A stretch of DNA of 64,000 nt. Origin: Naegleria gruberi (lineage: Eukaryota). Shown here piece after piece: positions 44,001-54,905 of this stretch. Within the stretch, counting starts at the first letter, position 1. The number at the start of each line of letters is the position of its first letter. Under the pieces are notes generated by a model. The model saw only the letters and a list, made by a program, of their open reading frames with translations, was not told the DNA's origin and made no database searches. The DNA lies in the NCBI GenBank assembly GCA_000004985.1, contig GG738866.1. One strand, written 5' to 3'. Made by a program: the position numbers and the translations under genes.

Positions 44001-46783
44001 NNNNNNNNNNNNNNNNNNNNNNNNNNNNNNNNNNNNNNNNNNNNNNNNNNNNNNNNNNNNNNNNNNNNNNNNNNNNNNNNNNNNNNNNNNNNNNNNNNNN
44101 NNNNNNNNNNNNNNNNNNNNNNNNNNNNNNNNNNNNNNNNNNNNNNNNNNNNNNNNNNNNNNNNNNNNNNNNNNNNNNNNNNNNNNNNNNNNNNNNNNNN
44201 NNNNNNNNNNNNNNNNNNNNNNNNNNNNNNNNNNNNNNNNNNNNNNNNNNNNNNNNNNNNNNNNNNNNNNNNNNNNNNNNNNNNNNNNNNNNNNNNNNNN
44301 NNNNNNNNNNNNNNNNNNNNNNNNNNNNNNNNNNNNNNNNNNNNNNNNNNNNNNNNNNNNNNNNNNNNNNNNNNNNNNNNNNNNNNNNNNNNNNNNNNNN
44401 NNNNNNNNNNNNNNNNNNNNNNNNNNNNNNNNNNNNNNNNNNNNNNNNNNNNNNNNNNNNNNNNNNNNNNNNNNNNNNNNNNNNNNNNNNNNNNNNNNNN
44501 NNNNNNNNNNNNNNNNNNNNNNNNNNNNNNNNNNNNNNNNNNNNNNNNNNNNNNNNNNNNNNNNNNNNNNNNNNNNNNNNNNNNNNNNNNNNNNNNNNNN
44601 NNNNNNNNNNNNNNNNNNNNNNNNNNNNNNNNNNNNNNNNNNNNNNNNNNNNNNNNNNNNNNNNNNNNNNNNNNNNNNNNNNNNNNNNNNNNNNNNNNNN
44701 NNNNNNNNNNNNNNNNNNNNNNNNNNNNNNNNNNNNNNNNNNNNNNNNNNNNNNNNNNNNNNNNNNNNNNNNNNNNNNNNNNNNNNNNNNNNNNNNNNNN
44801 NNNNNNNNNNNNNNNNNNNNNNNNNNNNNNNNNNNNNNNNNNNNNNNNNNNNNNNNNNNNNNNNNNNNNNNNNNNNNNNNNNNNNNNNNNNNNNNNNNNN
44901 NNNNNNNNNNNNNNNNNNNNNNNNNNNNNNNNNNNNNNNNNNNNNNNNNNNNNNNNNNNNNNNNNNNNNNNNNNNNNNNNNNNNNNNNNNNNNNNNNNNN
45001 NNNNNNNNNNNNNNNNNNNNNNNNNNNNNNNNNNNNNNNNNNNNNNNNNNNNNNNNNNNNNNNNNNNNNNNNNNNNNNNNNNNNNNNNNNNNNNNNNNNN
45101 NNNNNNNNNNNNNNNNNNNNNNNNNNNNNNNNNNNNNNNNNNNNNNNNNNNNNNNNNNNNNNNNNNNNNNNNNNNNNNNNNNNNNNNNNNNNNNNNNNNN
45201 NNNNNNNNNNNNNNNNNNNNNNNNNNNNNNNNNNNNNNNNNNNNNNNNNNNNNNNNNNNNNNNNNNNNNNNNNNNNNNNNNNNNNNNNNNNNNNNNNNNN
45301 NNNNNNNNNNNNNNNNNNNNNNNNNNNNNNNNNNNNNNNNNNNNNNNNNNNNNNNNNNNNNNNNNNNNNNNNNNNNNNNNNNNNNNNNNNNNNNNNNNNN
45401 NNNNNNNNNNNNNNNNNNNNNNNNNNNNNNNNNNNNNNNNNNNNNNNNNNNNNNNNNNNNNNNNNNNNNNNNNNNNNNNNNNNNNNNNNNNNNNNNNNNN
45501 NNNNNNNNNNNNNNNNNNNNNNNNNNNNNNNNNNNNNNNNNNNNNNNNNNNNNNNNNNNNNNNNNNNNNNNNNNNNNNNNNNNNNNNNNNNNNNNNNNNN
45601 NNNNNNNNNNNNNNNNNNNNNNNNNNNNNNNNNNNNNNNNNNNNNNNNNNNNNNNNNNNNNNNNNNNNNNNNNNNNNNNNNNNNNNNNNNNNNNNNNNNN
45701 NNNNNNNNNNNNNNNNNNNNNNNNNNNNNNNNNNNNNNNNNNNNNNNNNNNNNNNNNNNNNNNNNNNNNNNNNNNNNNNNNNNNNNNNNNNNNNNNNNNN
45801 NNNNNNNNNNNNNNNNNNNNNNNNNNNNNNNNNNNNNNNNNNNNNNNNNNNNNNNNNNNNNNNNNNNNNNNNNNNNNNNNNNNNNNNNNNNNNNNNNNNN
45901 NNNNNNNNNNNNNNNNNNNNNNNNNNNNNNNNNNNNNNNNNNNNNNNNNNNNNNNNNNNNNNNNNNNNNNNNNNNNNNNNNNNNNNNNNNNNNNNNNNNN
46001 NNNNNNNNNNNNNNNNNNNNNNNNNNNNNNNNNNNNNNNNNNNNNNNNNNNNNNNNNNNNNNNNNNNNNNNNNNNNNNNNNNNNNNNNNNNNNNNNNNNN
46101 NNNNNNNNNNNNNNNNNNNNNNNNNNNNNNNNNNNNNNNNNNNNNNNNNNNNNNNNNNNNNNNNNNNNNNNNNNNNNNNNNNNNNNNNNNNNNNNNNNNN
46201 NNNNNNNNNNNNNNNNNNNNNNNNNNNNNNNNNNNNNNNNNNNNNNNNNNNNNNNNNNNNNNNNNNNNNNNNNNNNNNNNNNNNNNNNNNNNNNNNNNNN
46301 NNNNNNNNNNNNNNNNNNNNNNNNNNNNNNNNNNNNNNNNNNNNNNNNNNNNNNNNNNNNNNNNNNNNNNNNNNNNNNNNNNNNNNNNNNNNNNNNNNNN
46401 NNNNNNNNNNNNNNNNNNNNNNNNNNNNNNNNNNNNNNNNNNNNNNNNNNNNNNNNNNNNNNNNNNNNNNNNNNNNNNNNNNNNNNNNNNNNNNNNNNNN
46501 NNNNNNNNNNNNNNNNNNNNNNNNNNNNNNNNNNNNNNNNNNNNNNNNNNNNNNNNNNNNNNNNNNNNNNNNNNNNNNNNNNNNNNNNNNNNNNNNNNNN
46601 NNNNNNNNNNNNNNNNNNNNNNNNNNNNNNNNNNNNNNNNNNNNNNNNNNNNNNNNNNNNNNNNNNNNNNNNNNNNNNNNNNNNNNNNNNNNNNNNNNNN
46701 NNNNNNNNNNNNNNNNNNNNNNNNNNNNNNNNNNNNNNNNNNNNNNNNNNNNNNNNNNNNNNNNNNNNNNNNNNNNNNNNNNN
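11059..46783. other. assembly gap, 35,725 N
   Basis: Continuous n-run. ORF-track entries spanning it (10701..46808, 10967..46804, 11016..46823) are poly-X artefacts. Confidence 1.
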
Positions 46784-46959
46784 GGATAGAGTCAGCATAC
46801 GCAAGTAGATAGATTATTTCCAAGAATACTTACTTCGGAATAAGTGGAGACGACTCATCACTTCCACCTTAGGTTCTCTAGTCTTTTATGAAATTCATGA
46901 ACCTTAAGACTGATGAACCAGCTAGTTTATAATGAGTGATTGAGACAAAAGATGTCAAT

Positions 46960-47560
46960 GCCATACGGCTTACCAAACCTATACTTTGAGACCTTAATAG
47001 GTTCGAATAAGACAATGACTCCAACCACAATTATATTTACTCATTGCCTTATTCGATTTGATCTTTGATGAAAAATCGTTTAGGCGAATCAGATTTTAAT
47101 TGAATGAAATGTCATTTTCATGCAAGCTCAATATATTCGAAAAGGTCACTAAACTGCGCTATTCGAAATGTATTGACTTTTTACTATTGTGAAAGGTTTG
47201 AAACAGTGTCAAAAAAGTAGTTTCAAATAGATGTTTCTAAAGTCGCCAAAGATTGAAGAACTTGATAACCACTTGGTTAATATTTCAAATTGTTAATTGT
47301 TTAGGATGATATTTGGGATTCCAATGCCAGGTTTTGAGATAATGGTGGGCTTAGAATTTAACGAAAATGGTTTACCTGTTGTTTGCCTTCTTGACGTGTT
47401 TTGAAGCTTGGGAATACACTACAATTTCCTTTTTTATCTCAAAACGCGGCATAAAAATGAGTTTACGTCTGATTCCAATAATTCCAACAATGAACTGCTC
47501 GACGCATGTCATGCATCCAAAATAATACCCCATTTAGTCTAATCAACCCAAGAAACTAAA
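46960..47560. repeat. tandem repeat copy D (3' part of the unit) on the right side of the assembly gap
   Basis: GGTTCGAATAAGACAATGACTCCAACCACAATT…GATCTTTGATGAAAAATCGTTTAGGCGAATC…GACGCATGTCATGCATCCAAAATAATA aligns to 7741-8075 of copy A. An insert at 47210-47340 matches 9400-9560. Confidence 0.6.
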
Positions 47561-47716
47561 CGAAAGGATTTTACTTAATTTCAGATGCGTCATTAGCTGT
47601 TGATGCACATGGAGATAATCTTGGCAAGATGAAAGGTTAGGTCTTTTAAAACGTTGTGTTCTAAACTTTTTACTCTTTTCAAGAAACATGCTTTCTTCTA
47701 TATTATGAACTAAAGG

Positions 47717-50700
47717 CTAATTTATTTTATTACTAAACCATGAATCAAAGTCTTCTTCTTCTTCATTATTAGATTGAGCAGTAGTGGATGATGTATTGAT
47801 AGGCACATTCTTAATGCTTGCATTTGATAGCCTCTTGGTCTTGTTTGATCCAGTATTCTCGGTCTTTCTGAAGAATTGTGAAATTGTTTGCAACTTTTCA
47901 GCCTCTTCCATAATCGATTGTTGTTGTTGAGATTTGGAGGTATGATCTTCGAAATTAGGTTGTGGACTTGTAGCTTCTGATGATTGTGGCGAGTTCAAGT
48001 CTTCCTCTTCCTTGTAGGATTGTTTTAATTGATTGAAAAGATAACTCTGTTGATGTTCTGGAAGTACAACCTTATGAGTTGGTATTTCTTCCTTATTGTG
48101 AGGTTCAGTATTTGGTGACTGTACTGAACTTGTATTACTGACATCTTCGAAAATTCTATTGTTGGATGTCTTTTCAACACTATATTTTGCATCGTCTTCA
48201 TCGTCACTGCTATTATTATTACTTGCAAGGATTTGATTTGATACAGTGCTTCGGAAATCAAACTTTGGCTGGTGAGTATTTACATTGCTTGGTGCAATAT
48301 TTTGAGTGGAGTGAGATTGGCTTTCTGGGAATTCGTCACTATCAGATGATTCTTCCTTTGGAGAGAGTAAATCTTTCAATTCATTTTGTCTTTCCAAAGT
48401 TGAGAAGCTCATTGTTGGTTTTCTTTCCACAAGTGGAGAATCGAGAGGAGACTTTTTGAATGGCAACAAAACGGCTACCTTTGTTATTTGAGAAAGGAAT
48501 GTTTCCTTCTTCCCAACAGTGGATTCTTCTGCTGTGGAATCATCTGAAGGAGTGTTGACTCCGTCCCTTGAGGGCATATTGCCCAGTGGTGTATTGGTTT
48601 TCATGGCCATATCCCTGTACTTTTTCTCGACACCTTCCATACGTCTTCTCAGGGTGCTGAAGGTGCTCTCTTCATTTTCATCATCATCCACTGCATCTTC
48701 TTCATCTGCAGTTGGAGGTCTTCTCAGTTTAATCTTGTTAAAAACATATCCTGTCAATACAAGAATTTGAGAGAAGAAGAAGAGTAAAAAGGCCAACAAG
48801 TAAAATACCCACTCCTTAAGCTTGGTTGATATTCTAGCACTGTGCATTGAGTTGACCTTATTTTCCAATTCCTTGAGTCTACTTTCGTAGAGCTTGATAT
48901 CCTCTTCATGACTGGTTACTTTATCCTTAGTGATGGCTTGGGCTGAGTTCAACTGTAAGACAATAGTCGACAGGTGATTCATTCTTGACTCGATTTTTTC
49001 CACCTTATTCTTTAACTTATCAACAGTGACGTTCTTGTCAGTCATTTGCAGTCTTGATTGTTCGTGAGCATCATTAACTCTCTTCTTGGTATCCAGCAAG
49101 TCCAACTTGAGATTGTGAATTTCATTCATCAAGGTCTTTTCAGTGCATTGTAATTCCTCCTTTACCTTTTGAACAGCACTTGTTTGTTCCTTATGACCTG
49201 AGGAATACAATAAGCCATCATAAAGAGCGTATGATCGTGGAGTTTGTGAGACAAAAGTAGATTGTGAAATATCAGTAGAACTATCTCCTTCTATAGTGGA
49301 TTGGAAAACTCTTCCAGAGAGTAAATCATCTGAAACATCAATATTGAGGGAGTCTAGGAGAGTTTTACGTTCTGGCTTGTCGCGTGGTGTTAATTGAGAT
49401 GGTATACTTGGATTCAGACTCATACGATCCAGCAACTCTAAATCCTTTGCGGAGAAGGCAGGATTCTGGTAAGGAATGTATTGGAAACGAAGATGTACTT
49501 GAGAGAACGTTTTGGTACCTAGTGGCGTAATTAGACAGAACCAATCATCTAGAATTCTATCCTTGGCCAGTTTAACTCGAGAAATTGGAATTGAAACAAA
49601 TCCCAGACACATAATCTCATTCTTAGATTTAGGCTTTGGTGGACTGTGGAAAATTTCAATAGAGATTGAGCTAGATTCATCAGAAACGTAGAATTTAAAT
49701 TCCTCTTGCCACTTGAGTTTCTTGTTTAGATAGGCCCCACCAAGATTCATTGTTGTGTGCTTCTTTCCCTCACATAAAATTTCACAATACGTCACATAGT
49801 CTTCCAGTAGGATATTTTCTGTATTCTCCTCTTCATTTCCCAAAGCGTCCATTGATTGTAAGGATTTGACTCGCTTTTGAAGTGGTTGACCAGAGACTGA
49901 TGTATTCAGTGCTGACTCATTGGTATTATATCCCTCAACGGATTTCAAGTTTCTAGTCTGAACGTCAGTCACATACAGTTCTCCAATAGCCTCTCGCTTC
50001 TGCTCTTCCGGTGGAACATATACATAATCATAACTCTCAATATCTAGTGACATTCTATCGTTCTCTCCTCTCACCTTTGGTTGTGCCAGATAGTTTGGAA
50101 TAATTTTCTTTGGCACTGACTTGATAAAGGATGGAGCATTCTTCACTGTCGAAACGCCCTTCTTCACTTCATCTCTGATATTTTTCTTAAATTCCTTAAA
50201 ACTGTGCTTTATAGCGTGGGCAGGATTGGTGGTATTGGCGTATTCAGGGTTTCCAATTCCTTTAAATTTGTTACTAGTAGAAGAATTATTTGGTGTGATC
50301 CAATTTGTTGGAAAAGGTTTCTTGACACCACTACTAGAAGCTCTAGAAGGAAGACTATGTACATGAAAATGACCTTTTGAGTCCTCACTTGGTTGAGTCG
50401 TGCTTGTGGTTGGTTGAGCATGATCCCCTATTGTTGAATCTTCCGAATTAAGGTACTTTTCTGCATCCTCTGATTGACTTCTTTTCGGAGACGGTTTTCG
50501 GAATAAACTTTCACCACTGAGTTGAAACTTTTCTCTTTGGTGATGTCTAATAGACCCAGCTCGCTTATGTGATTTTTCTTGTTTTCCATGTTCATCCTCA
50601 ATAATAATTTCCGTACATATAGAAACAGCAGCTGAATTTTCATCGAAAGAATTGCTTCTCTTTTTCACCATTGGAGTTAAATCAGTTGGCGAAGGAGGTG

Positions 50701-51346
50701 ACAAGGCATTGAGAGGTTTTGAATTATTTACAAATGAATTGACTGTTGCTGGTCGATGAATTGAATCACTAGTGAGATTATTTCTATTTACATTCCCACT
50801 AATATTATTACTTGATGGAATTTCGAATGATATATTATTTGTATGTAATGCTGCTGTTGCACTAAGTGGGCTTCCACTACTACCTGATCGATTTCTCGGA
50901 GAAGATTGCATATTTATCTTTAAATCAGATTCTAAAGATGATGAAGTTGGAACAGTTGGTTCCTGTTTGTATAGTTTGTATTTCCTCTCCTTGTACGAAT
51001 TTACAATGGCTAAAGGTGATTTTTCCAAAGAGTTTCGTTTTATATCTAGATTGATAGTATTATTATTAGGTATGCTTATATTCATTGGTTTAGTACTGCT
51101 ATTACTTTGTCCAGCATTGGATGACATTGTATTGTTTGTTTCTTGATTGATTCTCGGAGAATTATTCAATGTCGTTGAAGATACAAGTTGTTGTTGATTA
51201 TTTACACCTACAGTAGTTGTTGTCGTTGAAGAATTATTATTAACCACCACTGTCGAACTAGTATTATTATTATTAGATGTTGTTTGTTGTTGATGCGCCG
51301 AACCACCTACCAACAATTCTCTTGGTGGTGTTGATGAGAAAGGCAT
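47717..51346 (-). CDS. large S/T/N-rich protein (1209 aa) with a C2-like domain, coiled coil and a single transmembrane helix
   Basis: Uninterrupted ORF, ATG rc(51344-51346). The C2-like block is TYCEILCEGKKHTT…KWQEEFKFYVSDESSSISIEIFHS…NEIMCLGFVSIPISRVKLAKDRILDDWFCL. A heptad-rich stretch LMNEIHNLKLDLLDTKKRVNDAHEQ…KELENKVNSMH precedes a hydrophobic helix WVFYLLAFLLFFFSQILVLTGYVF, then an acidic/Ser-rich tail. Confidence 0.6.
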   Translation of the reverse strand: MPFSSTPPRELLVGGSAHQQQTTSNNNNTSSTVVVNNNSSTTTTTVGVNNQQQLVSSTTLNNSPRINQETNNTMSSNAGQSNSSTKPMNISIPNNNTINLDIKRNSLEKSPLAIVNSYKERKYKLYKQEPTVPTSSSLESDLKINMQSSPRNRSGSSGSPLSATAALHTNNISFEIPSSNNISGNVNRNNLTSDSIHRPATVNSFVNNSKPLNALSPPSPTDLTPMVKKRSNSFDENSAAVSICTEIIIEDEHGKQEKSHKRAGSIRHHQREKFQLSGESLFRKPSPKRSQSEDAEKYLNSEDSTIGDHAQPTTSTTQPSEDSKGHFHVHSLPSRASSSGVKKPFPTNWITPNNSSTSNKFKGIGNPEYANTTNPAHAIKHSFKEFKKNIRDEVKKGVSTVKNAPSFIKSVPKKIIPNYLAQPKVRGENDRMSLDIESYDYVYVPPEEQKREAIGELYVTDVQTRNLKSVEGYNTNESALNTSVSGQPLQKRVKSLQSMDALGNEEENTENILLEDYVTYCEILCEGKKHTTMNLGGAYLNKKLKWQEEFKFYVSDESSSISIEIFHSPPKPKSKNEIMCLGFVSIPISRVKLAKDRILDDWFCLITPLGTKTFSQVHLRFQYIPYQNPAFSAKDLELLDRMSLNPSIPSQLTPRDKPERKTLLDSLNIDVSDDLLSGRVFQSTIEGDSSTDISQSTFVSQTPRSYALYDGLLYSSGHKEQTSAVQKVKEELQCTEKTLMNEIHNLKLDLLDTKKRVNDAHEQSRLQMTDKNVTVDKLKNKVEKIESRMNHLSTIVLQLNSAQAITKDKVTSHEEDIKLYESRLKELENKVNSMHSARISTKLKEWVFYLLAFLLFFFSQILVLTGYVFNKIKLRRPPTADEEDAVDDDENEESTFSTLRRRMEGVEKKYRDMAMKTNTPLGNMPSRDGVNTPSDDSTAEESTVGKKETFLSQITKVAVLLPFKKSPLDSPLVERKPTMSFSTLERQNELKDLLSPKEESSDSDEFPESQSHSTQNIAPSNVNTHQPKFDFRSTVSNQILASNNNSSDDEDDAKYSVEKTSNNRIFEDVSNTSSVQSPNTEPHNKEEIPTHKVVLPEHQQSYLFNQLKQSYKEEEDLNSPQSSEATSPQPNFEDHTSKSQQQQSIMEEAEKLQTISQFFRKTENTGSNKTKRLSNASIKNVPINTSSTTAQSNNEEEEDFDSWFSNKIN

Positions 51347-51588
51347 TAGAGCTGTTGTTGAGTTATTTTTTTGGTGGGAAGTGAATGAAGCGATTTATCA
51401 CTTGCATTTGGGGATAAGAATTTATTTGGGAAGTTTACAACGAATCTTGGAAAATCTTAATTTCTTATTGTTAAATACTATACTGTGCTCAATTGAATGG
51501 GTGCGTAGGATTACCAACGTTTCTGGTGGTTGTTGTTGATAGACCGATTCGGATACAAGGTTTCGGAAAAAGAGTCGTTGTGAATGAT

Positions 51589-52665
51589 TCAATTTGAATT
51601 CTTGTGAGGAAGAATTTCTATAATGTTGGGTGTCTTAATTCGCGTATCGGAGTGAGTGAGTACTGAAGCTGCATTCGAATAAATGAGAGGCTTTGGAGTG
51701 TCCTTAGTCTGTGGCTCTATTGCAGTTGCATGGAATTCGTGGACATGACCATATAAATGGGCCTGCAGCCTTCCATTGGAATTCAACTCAATGACCTTAT
51801 TTCTCAAATGATTATCACCCCAGTGACCTCTGTATTTATGTTCCTTTTTACAATATTCACAATAGTAAGGATCGTCCCTTGTGGAGGCGAGGTCCATAAT
51901 TCCAAATGGTGGCATGTGAGTGATTAGGACATCAGTATTGAGAGGAATTTTATCCCACTTGGTTTTGATAATCTTCCAAGAGATGGAGAACCCCATTCTT
52001 GAACTAGTTGTCCAAGGACTGCCGTACAATCTCAATAATTCAGTACCTCTATAATTGATCAGTAATGATTGATCTTGCAAATAAATAACATTCTTCAACA
52101 CTCGTTTTTGAATAAACTCAGGACTCAATCCATTAAATCCAATTTCATGATTTCCAGCAATTACAATTTTAATCTTGTGTGGTAATTTTCCAATCCATTC
52201 ATTAAATGAAATAATACTAGGAACTGATTCGTACATTTCCTCTCTATTAACATTTGGATTTGTTTGTACAGCATTCTCAATCCTGTCCTCAAGATCATAC
52301 CATTCACTTTTGTGAGAAATATCACCACTGTGTATGAAAATGTCACCATCAGGAACTGTTTTTAAATACTGATGAGAAATATGACTATCACTCATATGAA
52401 CAATTGTAATTTTTCCCTCGGGATGTTCTTCCATCATTGGTAAACTATCAATGGAAATTTCTCTATCAGCAGTCGATTCACTCGGTTTGTTCTTATTACT
52501 AGAAGATGATGCTGATTGTTTCATTATTTGCTTGTTATCAGTTGTTGATGGATCCACTTTGGAAGGAATTTCGAATTGTTTTGTTTCTTCTTCATCTCCA
52601 CATCTATCGGAAGAAGAACTCATCAATCCACTAAGCCATTTACTAAATGATGATGATGCTGACAT
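51589..52665 (-). CDS. calcineurin-like metallophosphoesterase (MPPED1/2-like), 358 aa
   Basis: Metallophosphatase motifs are in canonical order: HMSDSH (GDxH), HSGDI (GD), IAGNHE (GNHE), ITHMPP (H…P) and YGHVHEFHA (GHxH). The N-terminal leader is Ser-rich. ATG rc(52663-52665). Confidence 0.75.
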   Translation of the reverse strand: MSASSSFSKWLSGLMSSSSDRCGDEEETKQFEIPSKVDPSTTDNKQIMKQSASSSSNKNKPSESTADREISIDSLPMMEEHPEGKITIVHMSDSHISHQYLKTVPDGDIFIHSGDISHKSEWYDLEDRIENAVQTNPNVNREEMYESVPSIISFNEWIGKLPHKIKIVIAGNHEIGFNGLSPEFIQKRVLKNVIYLQDQSLLINYRGTELLRLYGSPWTTSSRMGFSISWKIIKTKWDKIPLNTDVLITHMPPFGIMDLASTRDDPYYCEYCKKEHKYRGHWGDNHLRNKVIELNSNGRLQAHLYGHVHEFHATAIEPQTKDTPKPLIYSNAASVLTHSDTRIKTPNIIEILPHKNSN

Positions 52666-52811
52666 TTTTTAAATATATTTTCTTTCAAATAAAATTCAAT
52701 AAAAGTTACAAACCAGAAGTTTTCTTGTTCAATGTTCATAATACTGTAATTGTTAGCATTAAAAATGGCGCCAAATTCTTTAGATTTTTTTAAAAACATT
52801 AAAAATAAAAA

Positions 52812-53004
52812 ATGGATGATTCGGAAGTGAATAATCAGTCATCATTGCAGAGAATGAATATTATTAATTCATCGTTGGCTGTTCGGGGAGTGTGGATTTT
52901 GGATGAAGAGAGGAAGAATTTGTTATTTTCGAGGAGATTTCCGACAGTGGAAAAGAGAGCACAGACGCTTTATCAATCGGGAGATGATTTAGAATTGAAT
53001 AATT
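52812..53004 (+). CDS. AP5M1: AP-5 adaptor complex mu subunit (AP5M1/MUDENG orthologue), exon 1
   Basis: The exon gives MDDSEV…SLAVRGVWILDEERKNLLFSRRFPTVEKRAQ, matching the AP5M1 N-terminus as recalled from memory (…[31 protein letters not shown]). It ends …AAT AAT T at a GTAGGT donor (53005), phase 1. Confidence 0.65.
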
Positions 53005-53071
53005 GTAGGTGATAATCAATATTTTGTGGAATTAATATTTTATATTGGAATTTATTGGAAATATCAATTAG

Positions 53072-53939
53072 CACCTATTAATCATGAAAAATTCAAAAAA
53101 TCTATTCAACACTTTTCGTCAAGTATTCAAAATTATGATGATGGATTTATTTTGGAATATTTTAGAAATTGTAAGAAACAATATGATATTCTGTCTTGCA
53201 ATTTGTCGAGTCAACAAACACTGTCCTTGACAGATTCTAATAATAATGTGAGACCAAAAAATTCAACTTCATCATTCTTTGATAATGCGGAAATTACTGA
53301 TAATGAAGAAATGGGCAAGATTGCCTTTAAATTACAGGAGGAAAATTTTTCACTCTTTTCCATTCAAACAAAATTCATTCAGAAATACATGGATGATCTA
53401 TTGGCCATGTCAACACCTGATATCATATCTGCAGAGGATGAGGACTTGTCGCTTTTACTTCCTATTGAAGTATCTGCCATCAATACTAGCAATCCAACTC
53501 TGAAAGTAAAAACTTCATCCAATGATAAGCTCAAACCAAATGCTAAAAAGGCTGGACTTAAATCACCAAGCTCCAAGAAACTGACCTCCTTCGCAAGAAA
53601 TAACTCTTCAAAAAGTTTACCAAATTCTCCTTCCCTTAATTCCACCACTGATTCTCTCGTTCCACCTCGTATTTTCCCATTCGTATCGATTGTAATGAGT
53701 GGTGTTACTTTCATTACTTTGCCTCTCATTGTTCCTCCATCCAGTCCTTCCCCAATTGATTTTTCCAAATTGGAAAATTGTGTTGAGTATCCTTGTATTT
53801 CTGGAGCATTTTGCTTACTGCAAGATTTGGCCTCCAACTTTTTCCTTGCAAACCAAAAACATCAAAAATCTGCAGAAGTCACAAATTATCTTCACATGTA
53901 TTTGAGTCAAGCAATGCCTTTTGGAAGACCTATAGACAC
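53072..53939 (+). CDS. AP5M1: AP5M1 orthologue, exon 2 (long S/N-rich low-complexity linker)
   Basis: After acceptor …atatcaattag (ends 53071), the exon reads CA CCT ATT AAT CAT GAA, in frame with ORF 53026-53943 once T+CA gives Ser. It ends …CCT ATA GAC AC at a GTAAGT donor (53940-53945), phase 2. The preceding intron is 67 nt. Confidence 0.6.
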
Positions 53940-53995
53940 GTAAGTTTAATCTTGAAAAGCAATATGAATAATCTTTCATTAATTTAAATATCAAG

Positions 53996-54905
53996 TGCTC
54001 CAAGTAATGTTCATCACCTCTTGACAAAATCCTTTCCAGCTCAAGATCCAGAATTGACTTCCTGTAGAAGACCATCTTGGAAAGCTCACTCCCTCTCATT
54101 TGATCAGCAAAGAATTCACTTTATCATTAGAGAAAATGTCCTGTCAGCTCAATTCGACAAGAAGGATATTAGTGATGAAATTTCATGTTTTGGATCTGTT
54201 TTATGTAGTGCAGAAGTGGATGGATTCTCTGATGTGACTGTTTCCCTCAGTGAACTCAATAATGTCAAGCAAATGTCTGTTCACTACTGTTGCAGAGATC
54301 ATCCAGATGAAATGATCAATCCAGGAGAGTTTGCTAGTCTTTCATTTTCACCACCATCAGGAGCTTTTGTTCTTTGTAAATATAATATTGAAAATTTAAA
54401 GAAACCACCAGTGAGAGGATACTATCAGATGAGAGAGTTGGCCGATAATAAGATTGAATTTTTATTGCAACTTGGAATAGACTCATTGGATTCTCAATTT
54501 GATTACTGTAATGCTCTGTTACCATTCCCCAATAGAAGTGAAATTTCTGACATTTCCTATCAAGCTTCTCAAGGTCAATTGACAAAAGGAAAGGGAAGAA
54601 ATACACTCGTTTGGACTATTGGAAATAAGTGGAAAACAACTGAAATGTCGCTCAGTGCAACACTCACCTTCAATTCGGCTGAATTTGTTAAGGATGTCTC
54701 TGATCCATTCTTTGTCAATAAGAATTCTCTTGTTCGATTGCAGTACAAATTGATTGGAAATACTGTTAGTGGTCTCATTATTGATCCAAAGACTGTCTCT
54801 CTCAACTCATCTCTCAAACTAGAATCCATAACAATCAAGAAAGAAGTAGTCTCTGAGGATTGTGTGATTTACAATTCCCGAGGTGATGTAAGACACGTTC
54901 AATAA
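53996..54905 (+). CDS. AP5M1: AP5M1 orthologue, exon 3 (mu-homology domain)
   Basis: After acceptor …tatcaag (ends 53995), the exon reads T GCT CCA AGT AAT…, in frame with ORF 54021-54905. MHD blocks GYYQMRELADNKIEF, FDYCNALLPFPNRSEISDISYQASQGQL and NTLVWTIGNKWKTTEMSLSATLTFNS parallel AP5M1 [42 protein letters not shown] and [27 protein letters not shown]. The preceding intron is 56 nt; stop TAA is at 54903-54905. Confidence 0.65.

Noticed and set aside
10701-46823. Giant ORFs (about 12,000 aa) on both strands in the ORF track
   Set aside because: They are produced by translating the 35.7-kb N-run into poly-X. Only their first and last few dozen residues are real sequence, which overlaps the tRNA-Gln region on the left and non-coding flank on the right.
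48025-50643. Several 60-100-aa ORFs on both strands inside 47717-51346 (for example 48166-48459, 50121-50366, 50209-50421)
   Set aside because: They are nested within, or antisense to, the 1209-aa gene, which is continuous and far longer. They are by-products of its low-complexity codon runs.
53026-53071. ORF-track start of the 305-aa ORF at 53026 (shown as M)
   Set aside because: That codon is GTG and lies inside the 67-nt intron (53005-53071) of the AP5M1 gene. The real exon begins at 53072 after an AG acceptor.
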